34,990 bases of DNA from Bipalium vagum. Its lineage: Eukaryota. A program made the position numbers and the translations under genes. Location: assembly GCA_037834085.1 (NCBI GenBank), contig JBBMKC010211704.1:1-34990 (forward strand). The letters run 5' to 3'. Shown in pieces: positions 25,153 through 34,990 of the stretch (its first letter is position 1; every line of letters starts with the position of its first letter). Below the pieces are notes generated by a model that was given only the letters and a program-made list of their open reading frames with translations, did no database searches and had not been told where the DNA came from.

Positions 25153-26411
25153 TTCAAGCGAAGAATCGGAGATTCATTAACTGATATAAACGATAAATCA
25201 GTTGAAAATAATTAATGGAAACTATTAAATTTCCATCAGAAATGTACATAAAGTTTCCGCTGTTATATTAACCGATTAAATATTAATAAATTGAAATATT
25301 AAATGTTGAAGAATTCAGTAAAATTAATTAAGTTGAATTAAAATTTGATGCGAATTTCAAATTTAATAAATGTCAATCGAAACATCAAATTTTCACAGAA
25401 TTTTAATAAAACTATAGACATTGAAAGATTAAAAACTTATCAGGCAAGATAAATTGAATTAATTTTCATAAAGAATCTGGGAGATCGCTCGGTTGGGTTC
25501 ACTTGAAGAATGAGATTTGTATTTATCTATTGAATAAAATGAAATAGATTTGTGTAGAAATCAGTCAAATATTTCATTGATTGATCCCAGTATGTTGTTT
25601 CCTGACTTACTTATATCAGCGAAATGTTTATGATATCAATTACTGAAATTATTTATTAATCGGGGTTGTATCAATAATTTCTGTTGACTTAAAGATAAAT
25701 TGATGAAAGGGATCAAGTCGTTTTTTTGTTCATCGCTTATTGATCCACATATGTCAGTGTATAAGATGATTGTTTCCCGAATTTCATTTCGGTCTGATTT
25801 TGTTTTAATTGGCAAAAAAAAATTATATAAATAAACAATTTATATATTATCGATCAGTTTTTATACTTTTGTTTAAATGTATTAAAAAACTTTGAAATAA
25901 ATATTTTTTTTTAAAAAATATAATTTAATATCGATTATTTTATTTTTTTATAAAATTATTTTATTATTACTTATAATTTATTTTTAATAAAAGATAAATA
26001 ATTTATCATCGGTTACTCAAAATGGTTATGAAAATTGTCTATTTTTCGATTGCTACAAATATTTTTAGAATTAATTTTAAATGTTTCAAAATAAAAGAAA
26101 TAATATTTAATAATATTATTTATGAATTTGAAAATATTCTAGAAAATATAAAAAATCTTTCATTTATTTAGGATTTTTCTTTTATTAATAATTGCAATAA
26201 TTAAGATTGGAAATTATTGATAAAAAATATATTTTCTTTTCAAACAAAGTTTTTAGTTGTAGAATCGGAATTAATTAAAACAAATAGTTTCATTTTTCAT
26301 TTAAAATGGGCTATCGTCTTTTATATTTTGTTGTTTTATAGTACTGGAATGGGAGCTTGACGAGATCAATGTCACAAATGAGAAATTATTTTTTATTTTA
26401 TGAAAATATAG

Positions 26412-26580
26412 NNNNNNNNNNNNNNNNNNNNNNNNNNNNNNNNNNNNNNNNNNNNNNNNNNNNNNNNNNNNNNNNNNNNNNNNNNNNNNNNNNNNNNNNN
26501 NNNNNNNNNNNNNNNNNNNNNNNNNNNNNNNNNNNNNNNNNNNNNNNNNNNNNNNNNNNNNNNNNNNNNNNNNNNNNNNN
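26412..26580. other. Assembly gap
   Basis: Run of N. Confidence 1.
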
Positions 26581-27749
26581 TGAGTTTAGCATCAAGGATT
26601 ATCAGCAACTGATGTGCAGAATTGGATTGACAAAATTTTTCTATGATCAGAAGTAAACAATTCTTGTTTCTCCAGAATCAGCCAAATTATTTATTAAATA
26701 TAAATAATCCTTTTCTATTCAATTGACCGTGAAAAAGAATTTACTAATAGGGCTTATTTTCGGATTTGGGCTGAATAAAAAAAATCGTTTTATATTATAT
26801 ATCAATAAATATAAATATTCTTATAAAAAATATTGATTATCAATAAATAAGAATAAGTATATATACATAGTTATAAATTGACATTATATTGATTATTATA
26901 TTTATTGGTAATATTATTTTTTATTTCTCCACAGTATTTATGTAAATAGCCAAACCTCTCCTGTAAAGTTTTCAATATCGATTGTCTTTGGTCATATTTA
27001 TGCGAAACATCTCCAGAAAAGCTGTAGAAAATCTATTTATAGACAATGTTAATTTCGATTTCTATGACACACGAAAACCCTCGAGTTTCGACATTAAAAT
27101 ATGAAGGGAGAAATTCCAACATGTGAAATGTGTCACATTTGTCATTTAATAATTTGACATCTGACATTACTGAGGTATGGGTTGAAATGACAAATAATTG
27201 TCAGATTGACGACAATCCTATTTCATTCGGTATAAGACTTTTCTCTTTATTTAACGTCATACTTTCCATCTTGTTACAGTTCCACAGAAAATGTCTCCTC
27301 AAAAATCTATAAATCAAAAATAAATCAATCAAATATTGGTGAAACCTTTCGCAGAATATTTCGACTTGTTGAACACTTGCTAAGCGACCGATAACAAATT
27401 GAAATTCAACGACAATAAAATTAGCATATTAATGTCTACCAATTTGAATCAGTCTGTAACGTTGATAAAGATAGTAACAGTAGTCCCGGAAAATTGTTAT
27501 CGGTGAGATTTTCATCTGATATTTTTGTGTAACAGCTTTTTCTCTATTCGTCTGGCAAGTGAACTCCGCAACTTCTGAAAACTGTTTTAAGCTAATTGTG
27601 CTCTCAGCGATTTTCCTACAATCGATTTGTTCTTTTTTGAATTCCTTTTTCCGTTTCAATTGATGTGTTTGAAATTTTACTTTTAGGTCAGAACTGATTT
27701 TACATCGTTCTAGTTCTAAAATTTTTAATTGTTTGAGCAGCGTCAGTTT

Positions 27750-28272
27750 TAATTAGAGGAATCACGATTTTCAGCCAAACTATCCTTTGCAGCATTTCAA
27801 TTAGCTTATCGTTTTCCTAAATCTTAGAATTTGTCGACTGATTTTAATCGCTTCCATGGAAACAGGTTTCAGGCTTCGTTTCATTTTATCCTTATATGAA
27901 AGGACAACTCCGAATTTGAAAATATTTCGAAGTACTTCTCCGTATATGCGAATAATGCACCATTTCAATATTGATTGACTGCTGTAATATGTATCAATGT
28001 ATCGATCGATCAAACTTGTCCTTGGACACATTTTTGTTAATCCAAGGTTGGTAACATGAAAAGGTGTGAGTTGAATACTTTGAAATTTGAACGTGAACAC
28101 GGAATATATTTTTGATGAGATTAAATATAAAGAATCGCTCATAACAAGGACTATGGTATTGATTTTTCACCATTTCAAGTCACCAAATTAACGAATTTGT
28201 ATCGGTGGGCCATGGGGTAAGTACAATATGCCAAAGTTGCAATGTCAAAAATGGTTGGGAAACACCGATCTA
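27750..28272 (-). mobile_element. hAT (Buster/Charlie-like) 5' end relic
   Basis: Terminus reverse complement TAGATCGGTGTTTCCCAACC resembles CAGTGTTTCCCAA Buster-type TIRs. Downstream FKFGVV...SMEAIKISR resembles YLKFGF...SNEAMKPSR. Confidence 0.5.
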
Positions 28273-28369
28273 ATGATTTTTTACAATTTTTGAGTGTTAC
28301 GTTATCAATTGCTTTTAAAAATAGATAATAATAAAACCATTTCACTTTTCAATTCTGTGTTCATTTCAG

Positions 28370-28474
28370 ACGTGGCTAGATGTCTCTAAAAAGCAAAGAT
28401 CGAACCATTCTAACGACAAAGCTCCTCATTGCGAACTTTGTAATTTTAAATATATCAGAAAAAGAAAATTTCAA
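28370..28474 (+). CDS. MARCH-family E3 ligase, exon 3 (end of RING-CH domain)
   Basis: Acceptor CATTTCAG|, then TWLDVSKKQRSNHSNDKAPHCELCNFKYIRKRKFQ, which supplies the conserved W and the final CELC of RING-CH in phase 0 after CLK. Donor CAA|GTAAGA. Confidence 0.92.
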
Positions 28475-28523
28475 GTAAGAGGACATCTTTTTATGTGTTA
28501 TTCTAAAACGGGAAAATTTTTAG

Positions 28524-28655
28524 TTCGGTAAAATCCGTCATCCGAAGCTCAGTCAAAACGATTGCGCTTTGCATTTAATTTTCCTCTGTAGTCTGCTAGT
28601 AATGGTGACCAGTGCTTCCGTCACCATTCTCTGTTTCGCTATGGAAAAGTCTGTG
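28524..28655 (+). CDS. MARCH-family E3 ligase, exon 4 (TM1)
   Basis: Follows a 49-nt GT-AG intron (28475-28523). Encodes FGKIRHPKLSQNDCALHLIFLCSLLVMVTSASVTILCFAMEKSV, which includes a hydrophobic TM segment. Donor GTG|GTAATA (phase 0) is the best candidate; GTGGTA at 28653 is an alternative. Confidence 0.85.
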
Positions 28656-29249
28656 GTAATAGTCGTTTTTGTTCTTTTCTCATATTACCAATATCAGACA
28701 ATTGTAAATAAGACCGAGGGAGATGTACCAGTTGAATTGATCTTTTATATAGTTATAACTAATATAAATTGGAAAATTCCTCATAATTTGATTGATTGTC
28801 ATTATATGTACTGAGTGGCTCTGGGTCCAGACAACCAAACTGTAATCCAAAATAATTCCCCTTCCTTTTCTCAAAGTTAGACTTAATCTCTCATATTTGC
28901 TTCCAAGTATTAATAATCGATAATGAAAAATCTTTTTAATGAAAAACCACCGGATAACTTTGGTTTGATTTTAAAAATAAAAGGAACACTTCTGCTTTTG
29001 ACTCTCCTTTGTTTTTATGATCTTAAGCTTCCATGGAAATCGAAATTTAAAGTCATAAAATCAAGGATGAGAAAGTTAAAAATCGATTTTTCTAAAGACT
29101 TAATAAATATTAAAACAACTATTTTTCTTTTTAATAACCAATACTCATGGAAATGAAGTGTCCGATTTTAGGCCTCAGTAAAATGTATTATCATAATTAT
29201 ATAATTATGTATGTTCTCCTTACATTTTTCTAAGAAATAGAATGTCCGA

Positions 29250-30280
29250 AATTTAATGCGGTATTTAATTGTTTTAATAAGTCATTTTGATCGAATTTAA
29301 TACGATAAATTCAAATTGTAATAATGTTTCTTTATTGACGAAAGAGTGCAAATTACCAACAGGTAAGATTGAAATCAGTCACATTAGTCAGTCGACATTT
29401 AGAACACTTGATATGAAAGAAGAAACGTACAGGGAGGACAATGAGGAAGAAATTTGCAGAATTCAGAGACTGCGACTGTTTGTGATTTTTGGAAGTCTGG
29501 AAAACCAGCAATTGAAATATGCGAACTAGCCGGGCTGATGATAAAGCATTTAGGATATCATTCTTAACTACTGATGAAGTAGTTGAATGCATACATTGTA
29601 GTACCAGAATATCTTCTACCTAATCGATACAAGATCCAAATTATCCATATGTTACATGACGAAGACTATGCTAAAAGAATTGTAATGTGCGAAAGCCTAA
29701 TTAAAAAAATCGACAATAATCCATCTTTTCTTCAAATTCTGATTCACACTGATGATGAAGCAATCTTTTCCTTAAATGAATTCATCAACAGGCACAACCA
29801 CCGAATTTTGAGTGCTACGCATTATAAAGAAATTATACCACATTCCCATTCCAGGTCAATATTTAATGTTTATGGTTCTTTTTTTCATTAGTTAATGAAA
29901 AATGAAATGAAGCAAGTTATTTAGACATGCCTAAGTCTGGCTTCATGTCATAACTTTGCTGATGAATTAAATCTCAGAGTTTTTCAACAAGAGAGAACGC
30001 CTACCAATTATTCAGGTTTTGTAAGACATTTTTAAGCAGAAAGTTTCCTAGAGAATGGGTTTCCAGGACTAGACCGTTATATTGGGCTGTCAGATCACCT
30101 GATCGAAGGCTACTGGACTTAAGTATGTAGAAGAAAGCCAAAAGATATTGTTCAAATGGATCCAGCCAAAATATCACCAGCAATGTCAAAATGTTATGAA
30201 TGTTTTTATAATCAAATAATCTTATAATCACAAAACTGTATCAAAGCTAACGGTCATTCTCTGGAAATATATCTTATTTA
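29250..30280 (+). mobile_element. Degenerate Tc1-like (DUF4817-type) transposon
   Basis: YKIQIIHMLHDEDYAKRIVMCE..IDNNPSFLQILIHTDDEAIFSLNEFINRHN, VFQQ..P..YS, and FPREWVSRTRPLYWAVRSPD. Confidence 0.88.
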
Positions 30281-31362
30281 AATCTTTGAATATTTTTAAA
30301 AATTAAATAAAAATGAGTTTTGTTTAAATGAATCAATGATTAAAACTATTTCAAATTTAGGTATGAATCTTGATTTGAAAATAGATTTAATTCGATGTTA
30401 TTTGATCAACTGAATTTCCCCTAAAGCTGCAATTAAAGAAGTCAAGCGACAAAGAAATTAAACTAAGGAAAATGGAAAAGGAAATGCACGAAGAATATTA
30501 CCGTTTTACTATCAAAGAGCCGTAATATTATTTTTCCGGTGAAGAATTGATTTTATGTTATCTGATAAAAAATCATTTTGAGAACATAATATAGGGAAAA
30601 CTGCTATATATTATTTACTGTTTATATTATTTCCCCTTGATAATATAATTCTTTGCCAATTTTTTTATTTATTTACTTTTCTTTGTTTTGATACAACCTC
30701 ATTTTAAGTTATTACATTTTAAAATCGGATACTTTGTACATACCCTGTATTGCAAGAATAAAGAAGATAAGAATTTATAATAATAATAATATAAAAAATA
30801 ATAGTAAATGTTTCAGAAAGCTTAACTTCTCTCTGATAAACTTTATTTGTTTTAATTTGACTGATTTAAAAAATTTGATTGGGAAATATATTTTTAAATA
30901 TCTGAGAAAAGAAAATCAACTTTCTTTTTTTCATCTTATCCTCATAATTTTTATCGCACCTTTATAAAGAAGCAAATGAAAGACAGTGAAGACAGAGAAT
31001 TTCAATTAATAATTGAGAATTAGGATTTAATTAGAGAAAACATATTGATCTATTCATGTAGACAGTTGTCTATTTATAATACAAGATCATTTGTTTCAGG
31101 AGACTGAGGACAAGTTAATTTTTTGTCTATTTTTGAAATGTTAAAGGTTAGAAATGATTTAACGGACTAATGTTAGGTTCATAATATGTTAATAGCTGGT
31201 AAATATAGATTTTTTGGAAAATATACAATGATTTGTTTAAATATTCTTCTATTTAAAATTCCATGTTTTCAATTGTTCTTAAATTATCATGTAATAATAA
31301 CAAGAAAATTAGCTCAAGGTAATATAATATGATAATTGGCTGCTTTATAAAACTTTTATAAC

Positions 31363-32517
31363 ATTATTTCATTCAAAAGTAATATCCGTTTTTTGATCAA
31401 TATATTAAAAGTTTAAATAAAATAATCAATAAACTTATTAATCAATTATTTCATTAAATATTAATTAAGAAAATAGTGTTTTCTTAAAAAATTATAATAA
31501 ATAATAATAAAATATCTGTAAATTTATTAAATGACTAGTTCTAAACGATCAGAAAATCTAAGAAATTGCATGTTATATAGATTTTACCAAGGCAATTCAG
31601 TACCAAAGTTCCTGTGGAAATTAATACTGTATGGGAAAGCGTTGGATTAGAGAGAAACACGAGGAATATTTTCAAATTTTTAATCGGGACACTTTCATTT
31701 AGAAGATGTTACAAAATCAGGAAGACCATGGTCATAGATGACCAAATCAAGATTTCTTAGAGGAGGATTCTCTGGTTTTCCTAGTTGTTATCTCAAAATA
31801 TTTAATTAATAATATCTCAATAATATTTGTCCACCTAAATTTAATTGATAAAATTTCCTACAAGGGAGATGGTATCTCTTAAGAGAAATGGAAATAATAT
31901 AACTAATATTAATGTATTTCTTAATTCATTGATTATGCACTCAAACTGTCGATTGCGATGAGAAATGGATTCAGTACGAAAACCTAAAGATAAAAGACAA
32001 TGTCTGTCTCCAGAAGAAATTTCAAAAGCAACCCGAAACTGAAAATCAATGAAGAAAGATATTGTTAAGAGTTTGATGGAATGTCCGTCGAATTATTCAG
32101 TTTGAATTGCTGAAATCGCAGACTTTTATTTCGATTAATTAGTCCGTTAAAAGTCATGTGTTGACCTATAGAAAATGTGTTATCTTTTTTCAAGATATTG
32201 CTAGGTCATTCACCGTAGACGTGATCGTTAAGAAAAAGAGAAAATTTTGGATGGAATCCTTCTTATTCTCAAGATACAGTACCCATTGATTCTCACTAAT
32301 TCTGGCGATGGAGCATTTCCTTTCCGTTAAGAAATTTCAAAATCAAGTGCTGCCAAAAATGGTATTATCTAGTTTTTTGACTCCAAAGATGAAAGATTTT
32401 ACAAAAGAGAGATTGAAAACTTTGTTTCTCGTTGGCAATACTTTAATATTTATATATGAAATTTTATAAGATGACTGATTGAATAAAGACGGACATTTCT
32501 TTTCGGATGATTTAATA
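31363..32517 (+). mobile_element. Near full-length degenerate mariner with both TIRs
   Basis: Left ATTATTTCATTCAAAAGTAATATCCGTTTTT matches right reverse complement ATTAAATCATCCGAAAAGAAATGTCCGTCTTT. Fragments LRNCMLYRFYQGNS, FHLEDVTKSGRP and CDEKWIQYEN. Confidence 0.88.
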
Positions 32518-34046
32518 TTTTTTTATTTAGAGCACTAAAAGTCTTTTGTCACATGGAGTGTCTGGCCAATTATTGACGTTATTTAATTTTCAGTTGAAAC
32601 TAACCATGATTTTATTCGTTCGATGGCAACATAGAACTCTTATTCTTCTAATTTTACTTAGACACCTAAATAATCTATAAATGCTATAAAGATAGGGATG
32701 GGTACTGTTCCTTCCCGATTGTTCTTTTGGCAAAGCATTGTCTACTATGGCATTTTTTATTTTAATCGTTTTAGGATGTTTTCATTGGTTTAAAATAATA
32801 TTAAAATGAATTTTTAAAACATTTTATAGCAAAACTCTCTGATTCGACAGAATTGTGTCTTGGAATTGTTAGTTTCCGTAGATTTTATTGATATTTTGTG
32901 TTTATTTTCGATTTTGCCAATTTTTGAAACGAATTATTTTATTGATATTTTTAAGGGTTTGTTTTAATTTTATGAATTTTTTCGTCCTCCATCTGGACAT
33001 GGAACGGTTTTTTTCGTAGAGAAATCCGTCACAGCTACACTGTAAAGTACACTGTAGATTTATCTCACACATCAAATCTTCGTCTTTCGGGAAAATAAAT
33101 ACGACAGATAGGAGGTCCACGATTTCGGAAGGTGTAGAAAAACGAATTGAAAATGAAATAAGGGGTGGGGAAGGGAGGAGGAGAATGTTCTGTGATGATA
33201 TTATTTTTCTGAAATCTTTCCCTGAGATTGGCGGAGTGAGAAATAATTTTCGCACAAGTGGCAGCTGGGATATTGTTAGCAGAGAATCTGCATGGTGACA
33301 GAGATATTCTGCTGATACAGAATGACGAGAGTGTTTCCCGGCTTGAGAAATTTCTCCATTTAAATCGTTGAACCAGATTTAATAATAATTACTGATTTTA
33401 TTTTAATTTAATTTCGTCACGAAACTGTTTCGTTAACTTGAGAAATTAGGTCGACGAATCTGCCTTAATAATAACTCCACTACATTCAGCTGATTACGGA
33501 ACATTTGACGGGTATTACTTTTCCATCCTCTCGTTTCTTTGAACCAACTTTATCCCTGGAAAACTCGATCTAATTTCTGAGAAATCTTTTATTTTCTTTG
33601 TTCCCTTTGTCTCTGATTTTTCCACAATTGTTCCTGGGATTTGAGGGTAATCATTATTATCGTTAAAACCTTTACCCCAAAACAATTTTTCTTTCGACTC
33701 TTAATAAGGAAATGGACCTTTCCAAATTGAAAAATCTTTCGAAAGATATCTGTCATTATTTATGCACCAAATTGCGTGGACAAGTCTTTCATTTTTTTTG
33801 AGACGTATAATTAAGAGACCAGCTCAAAGAGTAGCATGGAGTCACAAATGTATATTTTATTTTCTCCAATATTATCGATTTTGACATTCTCCTGTGAACG
33901 GGTTTGTGCATCATCGTGAACGATGATCTTTTTGTCTTAGTAGTACTGTGAGTTTTGATCTCGTATCCCATTTATACTTATTTAGTCGTTATTGCGCTAG
34001 TAATAATATTGATTATGTGCCTGTTTTGAGTGATATCTTTGTCTAG

Positions 34047-34682
34047 TCAAATAACAATAGACCATCGTTCTACGATAAAGTACCTGAGGGAATATTAGCT
34101 AATCCTAATGACAATCCTCCTATAAAGTCAAAAAAACAGAATAAATTTTGTGAGCATCTTTCTCATTTGTCTTTCAAAGACTCTTCTCACACTCAAAGAC
34201 AATCGTCGACAATATTATCTGTTATATGTGGTAACCAATTCAACAAGAAACAAGAGCGAAATAACAAAATCCATAGAAATTCATTTCAAACTAATGAGCC
34301 TTCAATGATGTCAACAACGACCTCAGCTACCAGAAAGAAAATTCATTCAAGAGTGTTTACAAAGTTAAATAATCAAACCGGAACTCATCTGTGGATTCTC
34401 AGTCCAGAGGAGGCCGTAACTCTTGCCAGTGGTGTTATCTTCTTCATTGCCTTCTTTATAGCCATGGTAGTGCAAGTGAAGTCCAGTTATACATGTTATC
34501 AACTGGTAATGCAATGGATTCGGATGAATTATACCTATGAGGTCCAGTCTTTAAATCTGACAAGGAATAAGGAAAACATCGAAATGAAACCTATTAGCAT
34601 TGGCCACATTTCAAGCGACGCTAATAAAAAATCAAATCCAGCTCCTAGAGAATACATTGAGCGATGTATTACTGAAATATGA
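34047..34682 (+). CDS. MARCH-family E3 ligase, terminal exon (long loop, TM2, cytosolic tail with PDZ-binding motif)
   Basis: The frame opens directly after acceptor TTTGTCTAG| (phase 0), 40 codons upstream of the listed ORF. It encodes TM2 (AVTLASGVIFFIAFFIAMVVQV) and ends ...CITEI-TGA, a class I PDZ-type x-T-x-I motif like those ending several MARCH proteins. The five exons sum to 1548 nt (515 aa + stop). Confidence 0.85.
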   Translation, partial: SNNNRPSFYDKVPEGILANPNDNPPIKSKKQNKFCEHLSHLSFKDSSHTQRQSSTILSVICGNQFNKKQERNNKIHRNSFQTNEPSMMSTTTSATRKKIHSRVFTKLNNQTGTHLWILSPEEAVTLASGVIFFIAFFIAMVVQVKSSYTCYQLVMQWIRMNYTYEVQSLNLTRNKENIEMKPISIGHISSDANKKSNPAPREYIERCITEI

Positions 34683-34917
34683 TCTTGAAATTGCATTTTT
34701 CTTCTTTATTTTGATCGTAGCATGTTCGACTGTGTCAGTAATGAAGCGAAACGTCACGGAATTTTGATGAGTAGTGTTTTCTCCAGCAGGTTTGTTGCAA
34801 CAATCAAATGTTATATTTTGGGAGTTTTGTCCACAATTTTGTTTTAATTTTCAAAGATTGTTTTTTATCTTGTCCACACTCTCATTTCTGTTCCGTACCG
34901 ACGACAGTGGTAATAAA

Positions 34918-34920
34918 ATG

Positions 34921-34990
<70 letters not shown>
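34918..34990. repeat. (AAT)n microsatellite at window end
   Basis: Perfect AAT run to the end of the sequence. Confidence 0.97.

Noticed and set aside
26357-26656. ORFs across the second N run
   Set aside because: Open only because of the Ns.
27043-27160. PTCEMCH motif after an AG, resembling an alternative RING-CH exon 3
   Set aside because: Needs a frameshift relative to the acceptor, lacks the conserved Trp and has a stop soon after. Probably chance.
34180-34682. Acceptor at 34179/34180 as the start of the last MARCH exon
   Set aside because: It is phase 1 with no good matching donor after TM1. The phase-0 acceptor at 34046/34047 fits and the frame is open from there.
34683-34850. Long open frame after the MARCH stop codon (readthrough extension)
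   Set aside because: A second in-frame TGA follows two codons later, and extension would mask the terminal ITEI motif.
1-34990. Genome-wide alternative genetic code (TGA or TAA as sense)
   Set aside because: The MARCH gene translates fully in the standard code and ends at TGA right after a PDZ-type motif. Stops in TE relics are mixed and fit ordinary mutational decay, e.g. TGG to TGA/TAA.

Overview
Very AT-rich eukaryotic (animal-like, probably invertebrate) genomic DNA with two assembly gaps (5759-5897, 26412-26580) and (AAT)n microsatellites. No prokaryotic operons, CRISPR arrays or rRNA are visible. The main feature is a + strand, five-exon MARCH-type (RING-CH, two transmembrane segments) E3 ubiquitin ligase gene at 7968-34682. 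Its exons join with matching phases at GT-AG junctions into a predicted 515-aa protein with an uncharacterised Cys/His-rich N-terminus, a very long (~125 aa) loop between the TM segments, and a C-terminal PDZ-binding motif. Head-to-head with it, 516 bp between start codons, is a divergent profilin (profilin-4-like) gene on the - strand at 7451-6504. Its best model uses several 30-65-nt exons and 29-61-nt introns and has one in-frame TGA. The large MARCH introns hold about a dozen decayed DNA transposons: several mariner lineages, Tc1-like elements of the DUF4817 type, and a hAT/Buster end. A tRNA-Ala-derived relic lacking its anticodon arm lies at 3296-3353. All family assignments come from motif recognition by eye with reference sequences recalled from memory; no database searches were run. 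I found no convincing evidence of a wholly new biological system. The best leads are the atypical MARCH architecture and the profilin micro-exon/TGA puzzle.
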